Positions 15,709 through 27,343 of a DNA stretch of 40,172 nt are shown here, piece by piece (within the stretch, counting starts at the first letter, position 1; each line of letters starts with the position of its first letter). The stretch lies in UHGV virus genome UHGV-0207031; one strand, written 5' to 3'. The notes under the pieces are model-generated. The model was not told where the DNA came from and searched no databases. It was given only the letters and a program-made list of their open reading frames with translations. The DNA is from a virus. Both the position numbers and the translations under genes were made by a program.

Positions 15709-17087
15709 TATTCCACCGTGAATCGTATGCCGGATTTAGAGGTATGCGTTGCAGGCTGCTGTGGTGCTTGCTGTTGTTGCTGATTTTGTTCGGGTTGTTG
15801 GTCCTGATTGTTGGCCGCTGTAGACACAACTAACGCGTCATATACTCGCCCAGACTGACCGCGAAGGGAGTTGTATTGCCCCTGCATTTTTCGCATTTTT
15901 GTTTTGGTAGCATCTGGAGAATCACCAGGTTGCGGTAAGTACATTTTCGAATACTCCTGCATTTCAGGAAGAGTAATCGCCGCGCCTGTTTCTGGTCGCA
16001 AAATTGCGTAAAGCGCATCCCTGGCATTAACCATGTACTGCTGTTCTGCTGGAGATAGGCTGAGGTTTGCTATAGTTCCATCACCAAGAGAGCGGTTAAT
16101 TAATGCTACGCGCTTAGGGTCAATGGTTTTTCCAAGCTCATTCATGGAGTCCATTGAATCCTTTAGGCGCAAGGCAAAACCTGCTGCTTTCTTAGATCCT
16201 TCGTTAGCCTTGTCAATGATCGACTGAGCCTGAGGAAGGCTGATTGGCTTAATGCCGTCGCCATTGATGGGCTGGTTAATTTTCCCGGCCTCTTCGCTAC
16301 CGTCCGTGTAGTATTTCGTCACCGAACCATCAGGATTGGTTTCAACCTTCATCAGTTTTTTGGCTGACGGATTGATGCCAGCAGCGGCGGCAAATGTTGC
16401 TGCTGATTCAGGATCTGACTTCAGCAATTGCGCATACTGGTTATAGTTTTGCATCGCTGCAGTTGGTGCATTCGCTGCGCGAATGGAGTTTTCACGACTG
16501 ATGTTTTGCCCGCGAATAGTGTTAGCTTCTCCGGCTTTATTACTGCGCACTTGCTCCTGCAATTTAGCAACATCATTTTGCCGTTGCGCGCGGTCATTCT
16601 GAACGCCGTAATAGTCCTTTGCACCCAGAGCGCTTAACCCAACGGCATCAACAATATTTGCCAGGCCATTAGGATCTTGCTGGAATTGCTGAGTAATATC
16701 ATCAGCAGATGATCCCACAGAGCTAAGAACACCGGCATGTTTAACTGCGGCCAACTGCACCGCCTGAGGATTTCCGGTAGCCATAGCAACTCGCAAATCT
16801 CGAGCGGCATTACCAAGAGACATCTGATGTTGCTCATCCTGAAATCCTATACCAGCTTTGATGGCGGCCATCTGACCTGGGTATTTGGCAACAAGTGCCG
16901 ACATCTTTTGCGGATCACCAAAAGATGCCTGCCAGTCAGACTTGAAAGCGTTCAGTGCTTCTTGCTGTGCTGCGGCCTGTTCATTAGCCATACGCGCTTG
17001 CTGAATCTCCTGCATGCCACCGTATGCCTTTAGCCCCTGCAAGAATCCACTGCCACCGCTGTAATCAATGGGGTTAACAATCGCCAT
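15708..17087 (-). CDS. ejection protein (P22 gp20 position), 459 aa
   Basis: Synteny. Gln/Ala-rich C-terminus. Confidence 0.7.
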   Translation of the reverse strand: MAIVNPIDYSGGSGFLQGLKAYGGMQEIQQARMANEQAAAQQEALNAFKSDWQASFGDPQKMSALVAKYPGQMAAIKAGIGFQDEQHQMSLGNAARDLRVAMATGNPQAVQLAAVKHAGVLSSVGSSADDITQQFQQDPNGLANIVDAVGLSALGAKDYYGVQNDRAQRQNDVAKLQEQVRSNKAGEANTIRGQNISRENSIRAANAPTAAMQNYNQYAQLLKSDPESAATFAAAAGINPSAKKLMKVETNPDGSVTKYYTDGSEEAGKINQPINGDGIKPISLPQAQSIIDKANEGSKKAAGFALRLKDSMDSMNELGKTIDPKRVALINRSLGDGTIANLSLSPAEQQYMVNARDALYAILRPETGAAITLPEMQEYSKMYLPQPGDSPDATKTKMRKMQGQYNSLRGQSGRVYDALVVSTAANNQDQQPEQNQQQQQAPQQPATHTSKSGIRFTVE

Positions 17088-17096
17088 ATACCCTCC

Positions 17097-17744
17097 TTAA
17101 AACCAGCTTTTAACAATATTCCCAATACCGGTACCAAATTGCTGACCAGCGCTTGTACCTGAAAGGAAACCAAGTCCACTGGTTAGCGCATTCCCATTGG
17201 CGAGGTAATTACCGGCTTTTGCCGCACCGATCTGGGCCATATTGTCGCCGTAGCTATTAGCGTAATTACCAGCAGCAGCATTGGACGCGCCAGCCGCTGA
17301 TAGGCCAACGTTGGATAGCCCCATAAGTTGCTGATACATATTGTTCTGTTGGTCAGTCATCATGTTCAGGTAGTTCTGCCCAAGCTGAGGCGCGATGGAT
17401 GAGAGCATATTCCCGGTAGCCGTAGAACCAAGTCCGCCGGTTGCCTCTGCAGCGTTCAGTCCCTGATAGCGAGCCTGATCTGATAACTGCTGATACTCAG
17501 GGCTGTTGAAATAATTTGTCAGTAGAGCATTCCTGTCGATCGGCTTACCAGCGATTCCCTGCAACCCAGCCAACCCGGTTTTACCTGCTGTAAGCCATGG
17601 AAGCAATCTTTCCTGCTGCTCTCGATAAATCTGTAGGTTTGTCGCATTGGATTGGTTTGCGGCATTCTTTTGTGCGTCTGCCGCCTGATTTGCACCAGTG
17701 ATAGAGCCGACGATATTGCCAATGCCTTTGGTGATGCCGCTCAT
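17097..17744 (-). CDS. ejection protein (P22 gp7 position), 215 aa
   Basis: Synteny. Gly/Ala/Asn-rich, typical of the gp7 class. Confidence 0.65.
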   Translation of the reverse strand: MSGITKGIGNIVGSITGANQAADAQKNAANQSNATNLQIYREQQERLLPWLTAGKTGLAGLQGIAGKPIDRNALLTNYFNSPEYQQLSDQARYQGLNAAEATGGLGSTATGNMLSSIAPQLGQNYLNMMTDQQNNMYQQLMGLSNVGLSAAGASNAAAGNYANSYGDNMAQIGAAKAGNYLANGNALTSGLGFLSGTSAGQQFGTGIGNIVKSWF

Positions 17745-18112
17745 TGCGCGTACCTCTTCATTAAAATAAGTTCTCCGCGGCTATCGTCTATGTACTCAAC
17801 GACACCACGCCATGATTCTGTGAACCCAAACTTTCTAGCCAGATTGCAGACCTGCTTATGCTCAATGCGGATCGGCGCGTGAATCTCCCGGTTACCGATT
17901 AGCGCCAGCACATCAGCAACGGCATCCCGGCATCGGTGACGTTCACCCGGCTTCATAGCCATATGCAGATCAACGTGGTCACCAAAATCCATGCAGACAA
18001 AGATGCCGACACCGTTCCAGAGCAGATAGTCACCTTCAACCAGAGGGAATGACGGCACACCCCACAGGCGCATTAACCCCTGCCCGGTGAGAGCATCGAT
18101 GTTCATTAGCAT
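17741..18112 (-). CDS. P22 gp14-position protein (123 aa)
   Basis: Lies between needle and ejection genes. 4-nt overlaps with both neighbours. Confidence 0.55.
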   Translation of the reverse strand: MLMNIDALTGQGLMRLWGVPSFPLVEGDYLLWNGVGIFVCMDFGDHVDLHMAMKPGERHRCRDAVADVLALIGNREIHAPIRIEHKQVCNLARKFGFTESWRGVVEYIDDSRGELILMKRYAQ

Positions 18113-18114
18113 GG

Positions 18115-18984
18115 TTACTGTTCCGCGATTATCTTGATGGTTGTAGCAGTGAATGCCGCGCCGTTTGCCTGAATGGTGATGGTGCTGCCATTGGTGGCAA
18201 GGAAACCGCCATGATCGACACTGAAGAACGTGGCAAGAAGAATATTGTCTGTAGCCGTTGCTGCGTTACGGCTGGCTACAAGCGTGTCTGGAACTGCTCC
18301 GGAGAAGGTTAGCTGCATTGACCGGTTTGTCGTTCCTCCCGGGTAACTGCCAATCATCGACAACTTGAAATTCAGCGTCTTGTTCTCGTTGTAGACGGTC
18401 AGCTTGTCCGTTGTTGTGTTGAAGAACGGGAGCAATGTTCCTGATGATGGAGTCAACGCTTTCAGCATCGTGATCAGGTTGGTAGCAGTGGTCGGGATAA
18501 CCTGCGATATTCCGGTGTAAAGGACCTCTGATTTCTTGCGTGTAGTGGCATATTCCAGAGCATCAATGCGCGTTTCGTGGTCAGCTAGCTCAGCTTCGTT
18601 AGCCGTTATTCGCGTCTCGTGATCAGCCAACTCTGTTTCAATGTCGATAACCTTATCAAGAAGGTAGTCAACATCATTGCGCAGTACATCAATCTTACCT
18701 TCAGCCGTCGTCAGTCGTACATCGAGTAACTGAATAGCTTGGGTGTTTGCGGTAATTCTTCCCTCGTGATCGGCAAGAGTTACATCCTGCTCATCGTTCT
18801 TAACCTGAGCATCGTAAGCACCTTGACCAGCACCATTAGCTTTATCTGCGACTTTGGTGAAGTCCTGAGCTTGAGAAAGAATGTATGTTTCGTAAGCCCG
18901 GCTAACCCCAACAGGAAGAGATGATGCGTTAATGCCAATTGCCGTAACATTAACGGGTTCCTTTAGAGACGGATCAGCCATCAC
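18115..18984 (-). CDS. tail needle protein (P22 gp26 family) with C-terminal knob extension
   Basis: N-terminus MADPSL...ANGAGQGAYDAQVKNDEQDV and ADHE-repeat trimeric coiled coil match gp26 as remembered. 289 aa implies an Sf6/HK620-type knob. Confidence 0.85.
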   Translation of the reverse strand: MMADPSLKEPVNVTAIGINASSLPVGVSRAYETYILSQAQDFTKVADKANGAGQGAYDAQVKNDEQDVTLADHEGRITANTQAIQLLDVRLTTAEGKIDVLRNDVDYLLDKVIDIETELADHETRITANEAELADHETRIDALEYATTRKKSEVLYTGISQVIPTTATNLITMLKALTPSSGTLLPFFNTTTDKLTVYNENKTLNFKLSMIGSYPGGTTNRSMQLTFSGAVPDTLVASRNAATATDNILLATFFSVDHGGFLATNGSTITIQANGAAFTATTIKIIAEQ

Positions 18985-20399
18985 TCAATCCTTATCTGTG
19001 CGCCTGATAATGTGACAGGTGACTTGGTGATAACCCTGATTTTGAAGCCGACATTTTTACGGATGCGACCGACACGTTTCCAGATGACACGCTTGTCGTA
19101 AACGAATGGCGCGTTCTGCTCAATCATTTGCTCTCGACCATAGTTGATTCCGTCAGTGGTGGCAGAAAGGAATAACCGGTCAGCGTATTGGGCAACTCCG
19201 GTTGATGATTCAACTTCGAAGTCGAACACCCTTGCGTTATCAGCTTTGAAAAGTGGCGTGAATAACAGGTGCTCCTGCTGCTTTTCATACTGGCTGGAGA
19301 TGTCGAACTGAAGAGCGCCCTTCACAGCGTCCAGTTTGTCTCCGCAGGTGATCGTGTTTCCTTCGTACATGAAGTCGATAGCGCGGTAGACGTCGTCATA
19401 TAGTCCTGTTTTCAGAATGCACCACTGCGGACCGTTCTGTGATGCTGTTCCGTCATATACCAGCACGTGTCTCGGCAGGTGAATCATCAACAATTCGTGA
19501 GAGTCAAAGCGCAGAGATTCCATAACGGATGTTGCCAGTTCATCAGCGGTGTATTCGCGAAGAATCTTTTCAACGCTTGCTGTGGCGATCGGAGTTGATC
19601 GGCCAGAGTCGATGATATATACCGAAGGCGCACCGGTTGCCGGGTTGCTGACGATGGCGTAAGCGTCCATGAATACGCACTTGCAGAATGTCCCGGCGAT
19701 ACCTTTTGGAACCATGTATGCAGGGTTAGCAACGTAGAGCGCCGCGCCGACTGTCGATGTGCCTGTCAGCGTGAAAAACTCAATGGTTGATGACCCAAAG
19801 CAGACGATAAAGTCTCGCCATGTACCGATTCCGATGATTCCATCTGGCTGTGACTCAGCGCGATATTCAGCACTGTACCGGTCAGGATGCGATTCATCTT
19901 CAAGGTCAGTAATAAACCATGAATCTGAGTTATCCTTCGCCCATGCGTATCGGCCACGCAAACGGGTTACATCACGCGCAGACCCCAATTCGTATTGCGT
20001 ATATCCAGTATCAACAGGCCAGTTAGCAATCGTCTTTGTGGTGCCGTCGTAACGGTATTCGACGACGTTTCCGTTAACACAAACAGCCTGAGACGTGCGA
20101 CCGTGGGCCAGCGAAACGCGAGATGTACCCGCAACATCACCCACCGCCGAATCAGATCGATACAGCTTGCCTCCCATGACGCGATACACGGCATTCTGAG
20201 AGGTGTTGTACTCTGCACCGCGAGATGTACCGGCGACATCTGATATCTTCGTTACACCCGGGAAGGAGCGCAGATAACCGTTGCTGTTGAGCACCTCTTT
20301 CGGCGTAGCAAGAAGATTGACTGGGAGATAGTCGATGTAGTCGGCGTTGCGGAAGTCTTTGCCGACTCCTTTCATTAAAGGTAATTGCTGAATCGGCAT
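18981..20399 (-). CDS. tail accessory / hub protein (P22 gp10 family), 472 aa
   Basis: Same length as P22 gp10. Synteny between gp4 and the needle. Confidence 0.75.
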   Translation of the reverse strand: MPIQQLPLMKGVGKDFRNADYIDYLPVNLLATPKEVLNSNGYLRSFPGVTKISDVAGTSRGAEYNTSQNAVYRVMGGKLYRSDSAVGDVAGTSRVSLAHGRTSQAVCVNGNVVEYRYDGTTKTIANWPVDTGYTQYELGSARDVTRLRGRYAWAKDNSDSWFITDLEDESHPDRYSAEYRAESQPDGIIGIGTWRDFIVCFGSSTIEFFTLTGTSTVGAALYVANPAYMVPKGIAGTFCKCVFMDAYAIVSNPATGAPSVYIIDSGRSTPIATASVEKILREYTADELATSVMESLRFDSHELLMIHLPRHVLVYDGTASQNGPQWCILKTGLYDDVYRAIDFMYEGNTITCGDKLDAVKGALQFDISSQYEKQQEHLLFTPLFKADNARVFDFEVESSTGVAQYADRLFLSATTDGINYGREQMIEQNAPFVYDKRVIWKRVGRIRKNVGFKIRVITKSPVTLSGAQIRIE

Positions 20400-20407
20400 T
20401 TACTCAC

Positions 20408-20890
20408 CTATGAATTTGGTACATCACCGTCAATTGGTGGCAAGTCGCCAGGGTAATAGCGATCCGATGTGAACACGTCATACTTGTTTCCCTGCCCAAC
20501 CGGGAAGTCTCCCAGGCGGCGCATGGAAGGAACAACCAACGTGTCAGTCAGCAGTGCATCGTATGCCTTGGACGCGTTTGTCTCGATTCGTGGAGTTGGC
20601 TCAATGCCATAATCCGACATCATGCGGAGAAGAAGTTGGTAGCCAACAGCATGCTTGTATTTTCGTGGCAGACCAGAGTCATCATCAGGTAGCGGCTCTT
20701 CGTCATCAGCAGAGAAGATGTACCCGATTTCACCCGGGTTAATTAGCCACTCGGCCATCATATCTTCTAAATCGACTACGCCGTCCTCTACTGATTGCGG
20801 TTCTACGTCTGTAAGCGTTGCGTTAGAGGCAACTGCAAACTTCCGGAGGGAAAAGAGAACAATCTCACCCTTGGTCAGCGTCGTTGACAT
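20408..20890 (-). CDS. tail accessory / head-completion protein (P22 gp4 family), 160 aa
   Basis: Size and synteny. Confidence 0.7.
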   Translation of the reverse strand: MSTTLTKGEIVLFSLRKFAVASNATLTDVEPQSVEDGVVDLEDMMAEWLINPGEIGYIFSADDEEPLPDDDSGLPRKYKHAVGYQLLLRMMSDYGIEPTPRIETNASKAYDALLTDTLVVPSMRRLGDFPVGQGNKYDVFTSDRYYPGDLPPIDGDVPNS

Positions 20891-21050
20891 TATCTGCCGC
20901 CTTGCGTCCGCGCTTGGTTGCTGGCTTCAGATCGTCAACTGAGGCGACAAAGCCTAGCTTTTGGTAAATAGGAAAGTCTTTTTCGACGATAACAGCCTGA
21001 ACGTGACCGGCCTCGTTATCAGCGGTAAGGAATACGCTCATGCGATCCAT
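20865..21050 (-). CDS. small hypothetical protein (61 aa) between coat and gp4
   Basis: ATG at 21050 with GAGGTGA RBS, placed just after the coat terminator. Confidence 0.4.
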   Translation of the reverse strand: MDRMSVFLTADNEAGHVQAVIVEKDFPIYQKLGFVASVDDLKPATKRGRKAADNVNDADQG

Positions 21051-21055
21051 GTTCA

Positions 21056-21092
21056 CCTCAAAAAAAGAAAGGGGCCGAAGCCCCTTGTGATT
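21056..21092 (-). terminator. strong intrinsic terminator after coat gene (aaggggc-ttcg-gcccctt + T7)
   Basis: 7-bp GC-rich stem, tetraloop, T-run on the minus strand. Confidence 0.75.
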
Positions 21093-21102
21093 GCCGTTTC
21101 GA

Positions 21103-22383
21103 TTACGGATTACCGAAGAACTGACCACCCATGTGTGGATTGAAGCACACGTAAGCCGGCAGCAAGTCGAAACGCATTTTCTGAACGTTGGCGTCGCCGT
21201 CAGCGTATTTGTGTACGCGAATGGAGAACCCTTCGTAGGTTGCGACAGCGGAGTCGATGCTGTTCAGTTTCGGCAGCGGGATGGTGCCAAGACCGCAGAA
21301 GAATTTGTTGTAGAACAGGTTCGGCTTCATGGTCTGGCTGGCGGTGCCGATCACAGTAACAGCGTCACCTGCTACAACCTGGCGGCTAACTGCGTTGTAT
21401 TGCTGCTGTGGTGCTGCATCGTAAATCGGAACGCCTGACAGGGTTACAGTTACCTGTCCACCGGCGGTAGAGTTTGCGTCCTGCAGAACGGTTGCCGTGA
21501 AGCTGATCGGGGTTGAGCCGTTATACAGTGCTTGTTTGCTCTGCTGGTTCAGCCAGAAGGTGTTGGTGAACTTAATCTGGTCGCCAGCTTTCAGGAGGCC
21601 GGTGACAGATGCCGTTGCGCCAGCTAGCGTTACGGTAAACTGGTAGGTGTCTTTAACCGCAATATAGGTAACGGTTGGGTTTGCCTGGACGGTCAAGGTG
21701 CCACCGAAAGCACCCTGAGAACGTGAAGCCAGCCCATTGGACATCAGAGCGCGGATGCCACCGAAGTTACCGGAGATTTGCGCATCTTCCCACGCAGTCT
21801 GAATCAGCTTGTCAGAGCCATGCAGACCAGACTGCGCATCAGCCAGGCGCTGAGCAGACCATGGGTCCATAACAGCGTAGTTTTCACCTTCGTTGACACC
21901 CAAATCCTTCAGGAATGACGCAGTTTGCGCTACATCAGACCATTTGTTGATCGGGGTGTTTGGGCTGCCGAGAGAGAGAGCGCCGTTGTTCATCATGAAT
22001 TTGGCTAGCTCAGTCTCCAGATCGGTGACGATACGTTGACGCACTGGCATCAGGATTTCATCCAACTGATTAAGCTTAATAGCTTCTTCCAGTTGGCCGT
22101 ATTCCACTGCGACGGTGATGTAGTTACCGACACGGCCAGTTGCTTTACCTGATACCAGGTTGTTTTTGGTCTGACCGGAAATATCACCGGTAGCAGTACG
22201 CAGAGATGAGAACTGATGCGGGCGCTTGAAACTTACGCTATCACCAGTGCTGGAGTTGATTTCACCTGCCAGCAACTGACGGTCAACGGTTTTAGCCAAC
22301 ACCAGGTCAGACATAAAGCCCGGCAGGAATTTCTTCAGGACGATCTGACTGACGTTGCTGTCGAGGTTGTTAGTAGTAGCCAT
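21103..22383 (-). CDS. major capsid (coat) protein, P22 gp5 family
   Basis: 426 aa. Follows the scaffold gene. Strong terminator downstream. Confidence 0.85.
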   Translation of the reverse strand: MATTNNLDSNVSQIVLKKFLPGFMSDLVLAKTVDRQLLAGEINSSTGDSVSFKRPHQFSSLRTATGDISGQTKNNLVSGKATGRVGNYITVAVEYGQLEEAIKLNQLDEILMPVRQRIVTDLETELAKFMMNNGALSLGSPNTPINKWSDVAQTASFLKDLGVNEGENYAVMDPWSAQRLADAQSGLHGSDKLIQTAWEDAQISGNFGGIRALMSNGLASRSQGAFGGTLTVQANPTVTYIAVKDTYQFTVTLAGATASVTGLLKAGDQIKFTNTFWLNQQSKQALYNGSTPISFTATVLQDANSTAGGQVTVTLSGVPIYDAAPQQQYNAVSRQVVAGDAVTVIGTASQTMKPNLFYNKFFCGLGTIPLPKLNSIDSAVATYEGFSIRVHKYADGDANVQKMRFDLLPAYVCFNPHMGGQFFGNP

Positions 22384-22394
22384 TTATGGTTCCT

Positions 22395-23285
22395 TTATTC
22401 GATGATTGCGCCGGGACATTTTTTGTTGAAGTCGTCTTGTTTCGCATCAGCGCCGCCACCGCGAACTTCCGGCTCTGGTTTGATGGCTTTCTTGGCTTTA
22501 GGTGCAAGGCTTACTTGCTTGCTAATCTGGCCCAAGAGAAATGCTGCGCGAAGTGGGTCTGTCTCAGCGGCTACACGCTGGCGTAGTTGTTGACTCTTAC
22601 CTAGCCCGTAGGCAATCAGTTCTGAGCCTTCGTCGGCGCAGTGAATCAGGATTTCCTTGTGCAGGTCTGGCACCTCAGCACGAACTATTTCCTCCATCTG
22701 CTGGTAATCTTTCACCGGCAATGTGGATGCTCGTTTCTGATGAGCTTCAACCCTCTGCTGGAAACGCTGCTGATATTCCTGCTGCTGACGTTGCTGTTGT
22801 TGCTTGCTCTGCTCGACACGGCTCTTTTTCTCATGCCAATCAGTTACTGCCTGCTCAAACGCCACCTCGTCGTAATCGCACGACTCTAAGGTCGGCTTCG
22901 GAGGGATGACGTCTACTTGCTGCAGTGGTTGCTGCTCGGCTGGCTTGGATTTAACTTGCTCAAGCTCGCGGCGCAGCTCCCGTAACTCTTTATCTTTTTC
23001 TCGGTTGTTCTTGCGTAAGTCTTTCACCCACTGAGGTGCAGGTTGACCATCAACGTGATCGTCATCCTCTTCCGTCAGTTGAATTTCTTCGTCACCGATA
23101 CGCAGGGAGTATTCATCCGGCTGCTCTTCGGCCTGTTCACTTTCGGTCTGCTCTGGCTTATCAGTCGCTTCCTGGCTTTCGTTCTCAGTTGGCTTCTGTT
23201 GCTGCTCAGTGCCTGTTGGCTCGGTCGATTCCTGTTTTTCAGACAGGTCAATAACCTGACCGTCGATGATCAGTTCGCTTTCCAT
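22395..23285 (-). CDS. scaffolding protein (P22 gp8-like)
   Basis: 296 aa. Acidic, Gln/Glu-rich helical protein between portal and coat. Confidence 0.8.
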   Translation of the reverse strand: MESELIIDGQVIDLSEKQESTEPTGTEQQQKPTENESQEATDKPEQTESEQAEEQPDEYSLRIGDEEIQLTEEDDDHVDGQPAPQWVKDLRKNNREKDKELRELRRELEQVKSKPAEQQPLQQVDVIPPKPTLESCDYDEVAFEQAVTDWHEKKSRVEQSKQQQQRQQQEYQQRFQQRVEAHQKRASTLPVKDYQQMEEIVRAEVPDLHKEILIHCADEGSELIAYGLGKSQQLRQRVAAETDPLRAAFLLGQISKQVSLAPKAKKAIKPEPEVRGGGADAKQDDFNKKCPGAIIE

Positions 23286-23298
23286 TGATTACTCCTGA

Positions 23299-25434
23299 TT
23301 AACTCGGCAGTAAGTCTGCCGGTGACTGTGGTGTTGTAGGAATTTGTGATTGTTGCGATTGAAGGACTTCATTCAGGAGCTTGATAGCATCCATGACGCC
23401 CTGTTTATTGATGTGTTCTGCCTGAGAAAGCTTATAAACAACGTTGGCCTGGCTTTCCTGTGCATCCTGCTGCGCAGTAAACGCTTTGATGAGTGTGTTG
23501 CGCGTTTCGTTATCTGCTTTCTTCTCTTCGGCTTGCGCTGCAACCATTTGAGCCTGAGCAAGTACCATTTCAGGGTTAGGCTGGTTAGCCGCTGCCTGCT
23601 GCGCCTGCATGACAATCTGCTGCTCTTTCTCGTTACGTGGCTTAACAATTCCAGAGGTGAGCAACTGGTTGCGGTTGTACTCTTTGAAGTCATCCAGGCC
23701 TTCACCGTCGATGTTATCCAGGATGATTCCCTGAATAGCAGGGCGCATTGGGTCGTTTGGTAGCATAGTGCTAAGGACATTCGTCAGGACTGATACTGTC
23801 GCATCACGACGAGCCGTATAGCTTGGCCCGACATCGACAGTGACATCGTAACGACCAGTAGACAGATCATTCAGTGCAACAACATTACCGGTCTGACGAT
23901 CGACTACCTGCGCATTCATCAGCGCGATATCATCAGTACCATCCTCGTTAACGACGCGAACCTCACGATCTGAACCGTAGACCTCACGAGCCATAGACAA
24001 CCAAACTTCACCTGCGCGTTTCAGGCTCTTTGCCATGTTGTCCAGGTAGATGAATGACGCCATGTCTGCGCGATTCATCAGGTTGTTAACAGTTTCCTGC
24101 GCAACGTTGCTTGGCATCTGCTGCATTGCCTGGCTGCCGCCAGTTACTTCCTGAATGTCCGCGCTTGTCTGCTGAAGTAATGCAGCAAGAGCCTGATTCA
24201 TCACCGCTGGCTGCGTGTAGCCTGCTGGAGTGGCGGGAGCGATAATGTTGCCAGCCTTGTCCTTCACTTCCCGCAATGGGAGGAATGTTGGTCGCTTCTT
24301 GTTACGGTCTTCCCAGTGCTTCTCAAGACCTCTGATTTGGTCCATTCCGACGATGGGTATTGCACTCGGATCCTGAGATGCAGTATCAGCCAACATCGAC
24401 ACCTGAAGGTTATAGAGTCGCTGCGGGTCCATTGCCTTGGCGATGTGCCCTTCGACACGCTCGATATCGTCGATAAACCAGCGCTTGCCATAAACCGGTA
24501 TCAGCGGGATGTGCTCGCCAGGGATGCGACGTGGTTTCTCAAGGAAGTTGTCACCATCTACAACTGAGACGTAAACGCGACGACGTTTGACCGAACGACG
24601 CGCCACTTCAACGAATCCGGCCATTGCAAGCTCATCTTCAATGTCGGCAATCTGATCGCTGTCGTATGTCGCTATCTCGCCAGTGATTGGCTGTTGATAG
24701 CTGATGACATCAACTGATTCCTTCCGCACCTCGTAATACTTGGCGATATACACCACTTCAGGAGCAAACCAGTCATACTCCCAACTGGTCATCGTAGTGA
24801 TGTCTAACGATGCGGGCGGAGTCTTGCCATACTCAGCTTCGTATTTCTCCGGCGAAAGTGAGTACATGCAGAACGCCCACATAGCGTCAGATTTGTCGTA
24901 CTTCTTCGCGTCAGGGTCGAACCATACTGAGCGTGATGGGTCGTAGATTGGCTCGATAGCGATGCGTTGGCGATCATCCATCGGGTCGTACTCATTGACC
25001 AGCATCGACGTCAAGCGGAAGCATCCGAAGCCACCGGTCGCAGCATCATCAAATGCGTTGTCGCATGCCTCGCCGCCGTCTGTTTCTTCGTAGTCAGCGC
25101 GAAACAGTCCATTTAACTTGTTTGCCAACTCTTCGCTGGCTTCTTTATCACCAGGGCGAAACTTAACGGTGATTCGGTTGTTGCGATACTCAGCAATGAT
25201 CCGGTTAAGCTCTGTCGCTACCTTGTTAATTTCAAACTTTGGATATCTTTCAAACTGGTCATTCAGTTTCGAACCTGCCGCCGTTGCACCTTCCCACTGA
25301 CCGCCGGGAACACGAGCAAAACGAGTGGCTTCGATGCACTTCTCACGCACATCTTGCTGCGGAGAATAGGCGCGGTCGAACCTGAGCATGACGCGCTCAT
25401 GTCTTTTCTCTAATGTTTCTGCCATGTTTACCAA
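23299..25434 (-). CDS. portal protein (P22 gp1 family)
   Basis: 711 aa. Follows TerL with an 8-nt overlap. Long helical C-terminal barrel-like tail. Confidence 0.85.
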   Translation of the reverse strand: MVNMAETLEKRHERVMLRFDRAYSPQQDVREKCIEATRFARVPGGQWEGATAAGSKLNDQFERYPKFEINKVATELNRIIAEYRNNRITVKFRPGDKEASEELANKLNGLFRADYEETDGGEACDNAFDDAATGGFGCFRLTSMLVNEYDPMDDRQRIAIEPIYDPSRSVWFDPDAKKYDKSDAMWAFCMYSLSPEKYEAEYGKTPPASLDITTMTSWEYDWFAPEVVYIAKYYEVRKESVDVISYQQPITGEIATYDSDQIADIEDELAMAGFVEVARRSVKRRRVYVSVVDGDNFLEKPRRIPGEHIPLIPVYGKRWFIDDIERVEGHIAKAMDPQRLYNLQVSMLADTASQDPSAIPIVGMDQIRGLEKHWEDRNKKRPTFLPLREVKDKAGNIIAPATPAGYTQPAVMNQALAALLQQTSADIQEVTGGSQAMQQMPSNVAQETVNNLMNRADMASFIYLDNMAKSLKRAGEVWLSMAREVYGSDREVRVVNEDGTDDIALMNAQVVDRQTGNVVALNDLSTGRYDVTVDVGPSYTARRDATVSVLTNVLSTMLPNDPMRPAIQGIILDNIDGEGLDDFKEYNRNQLLTSGIVKPRNEKEQQIVMQAQQAAANQPNPEMVLAQAQMVAAQAEEKKADNETRNTLIKAFTAQQDAQESQANVVYKLSQAEHINKQGVMDAIKLLNEVLQSQQSQIPTTPQSPADLLPS

Positions 25435-26879
25435 CTAGAAGATGAGGGAACATATAAATCCTCTTCAACAGGAGGATTCTTTATGTCTGCATAACGGATT
25501 GCATAGCGCCGCATCATGTAGGCGTATCTGACGGCATCGAGGATGTCGTCTCTCACCTTCACGATTTTTCCTTTCTCGTCGCGATGATAGAAGTTGTACT
25601 CTTCGAAGAAGTCTCGCAGTCCAGAGAACACTCTGAACTTACCTCTCCGCATCAGGTCGTATATCTCAAATAACCCAGGCTCTACAGCCCTACTGCCGTC
25701 TTCCCATTGCGCATGTTCATCTACCATCAGGAATCCAGCTTCTTCGTAATACGATTTCTGCTGCAATCCAGAGCCTTTCTCAGTTTGCAAGCCATCAGGA
25801 GGCCATGCGGTAGGTACGTTTTCTGCCCATGCCTTTACAGCGCTGAATGCTTCAGCTGGAGACACTTGGCGCGCTTTATATGCTCTCGTCAGGTAGAAAG
25901 ATTCGTTTTCTGTATCCCATGCGAGTTGCACGTGCGCCTGAGGGTGATCCCATCCAAAGTCCATGCCGTCAATGACAAGCCAGTGGTCAGGGATGGGGAA
26001 CGGGTCACATTTAATGAAGTCTTCGCTGAGGTCATAGATGCGACCGTGCCCTAGCATCGGAATACCTTTGGTTCGCATGTCTCGCTGATGCGGAGGATAG
26101 GATGCAAGCAAATCCTCTTTCACCTTTTCGCTCAGGTGTGGCGCATCATCCCAACCAACGTTCATACAGCATTGGGCGCGAGATGGATTGTCCATGAAGG
26201 CAATAACCAACTCTGTTCGCCCGTTCTCAGGCGTAAACGTCAGGATCCCCCTACCACCACGGCCTTTGTCACCAGTGGCGGTTCGTGTGAGAACCTGCGG
26301 GTAGATTGTCGCGTCCTTAGGCTCTTCATCGATATGAAACCAATCGACGGCGTCACCCATCAGAGCGTGCTGACCCTGCGAATATGACCAGAACTGAATC
26401 TTCGCCAACTGACCTGATTTATGCCGGATGTACGCAGAACGCACTGCGTTAGGTGTGCCCTGCATGGGCTCAGTATCGACAATCAATTCACTTGGGATTA
26501 ATCCACCATCCCAACCGTTGTCTGTGCGCCGACCGAGGATAGGCGTCTGCAACAGGTCACGGCATTTCTCACCTGAATAGCCAAGGCACCAAATAAGCGG
26601 GGCATGGTCAAACTTATGCCCATCCCACCCTTCTGGGTAATCACCCATTGCATGGATGGCGTCAATTCCAGTTCCTGTATCAGTCTTCCCTGTACGGTTA
26701 GCAGCAATCAAAGCAACCTGAGAAAACTGCGCTGTTGATGCTATGAATTTCTTTTGCCATGGGTATCGAGATTGGTAGAAACGCTTATATCGGAATGTAT
26801 TATCACGCCGTTTTTTTTCTTCAAGAAGTTGTATTAGCTCAACCTTCTGGACTCTCGTCAGTGGTGGAAGCTTGTCCAT
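25428..26879 (-). CDS. terminase large subunit
   Basis: 483 aa. Walker A-like ANRTGKTD. C-terminal nuclease-domain acidic residues. Confidence 0.85.
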   Translation of the reverse strand: MDKLPPLTRVQKVELIQLLEEKKRRDNTFRYKRFYQSRYPWQKKFIASTAQFSQVALIAANRTGKTDTGTGIDAIHAMGDYPEGWDGHKFDHAPLIWCLGYSGEKCRDLLQTPILGRRTDNGWDGGLIPSELIVDTEPMQGTPNAVRSAYIRHKSGQLAKIQFWSYSQGQHALMGDAVDWFHIDEEPKDATIYPQVLTRTATGDKGRGGRGILTFTPENGRTELVIAFMDNPSRAQCCMNVGWDDAPHLSEKVKEDLLASYPPHQRDMRTKGIPMLGHGRIYDLSEDFIKCDPFPIPDHWLVIDGMDFGWDHPQAHVQLAWDTENESFYLTRAYKARQVSPAEAFSAVKAWAENVPTAWPPDGLQTEKGSGLQQKSYYEEAGFLMVDEHAQWEDGSRAVEPGLFEIYDLMRRGKFRVFSGLRDFFEEYNFYHRDEKGKIVKVRDDILDAVRYAYMMRRYAIRYADIKNPPVEEDLYVPSSSSW

Positions 26880-27339
26880 TGTTCAACTCCTTAATTCGAC
26901 GTTCAATCTCCTCATCGGATAAATCGGAAACTGATTGCTTAACCTCTTTCTTCTCTGCAAGTCCAAGGTCACGTGCGATAATATTAGCGTTCAGCAAGTC
27001 AGCAGCCGCACCTGAGAATTTCTGATCGTAAATAACCTTCTCCGCTCGCGAGACGACCCCTAACAAATCTTCATTGCTGCGGTAGTTTCTCCACGTGTCG
27101 TCACTTATATCCAGGAACAAGCAAAGACCGGTAAGAGTCATTGCTCTCATCTTGGCTACCGGCTCTTGCGTGACTTCTCCCTGATATGCGAACGGTTTCA
27201 TTTCCCATAACGGATTGTCTTCCACCCACTGGAAGTATTCACAGCAGGCAGACCAAAGCTGATCACCAGATTCAAACTTTGGATTTCGCCCATGACTACT
27301 GCGGGCCTCCCAGAATCGGTTTCCCTTTGGAGCTGCCAT
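26839..27339 (-). CDS. terminase small subunit (P22 gp3 family)
   Basis: [24 protein letters not shown]...[25 protein letters not shown] matches P22-group gp3 as remembered. Confidence 0.8.
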   Translation of the reverse strand: MAAPKGNRFWEARSSHGRNPKFESGDQLWSACCEYFQWVEDNPLWEMKPFAYQGEVTQEPVAKMRAMTLTGLCLFLDISDDTWRNYRSNEDLLGVVSRAEKVIYDQKFSGAAADLLNANIIARDLGLAEKKEVKQSVSDLSDEEIERRIKELNNGQASTTDESPEG

Positions 27340-27343
27340 AGTT

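Noticed and set aside
21091-22593. Plus-strand ORFs (115, 125, 66, 65 aa) antisense to the coat and scaffold genes
   Set aside because: Embedded in highly expressed structural genes on the opposite strand. No independent signals.
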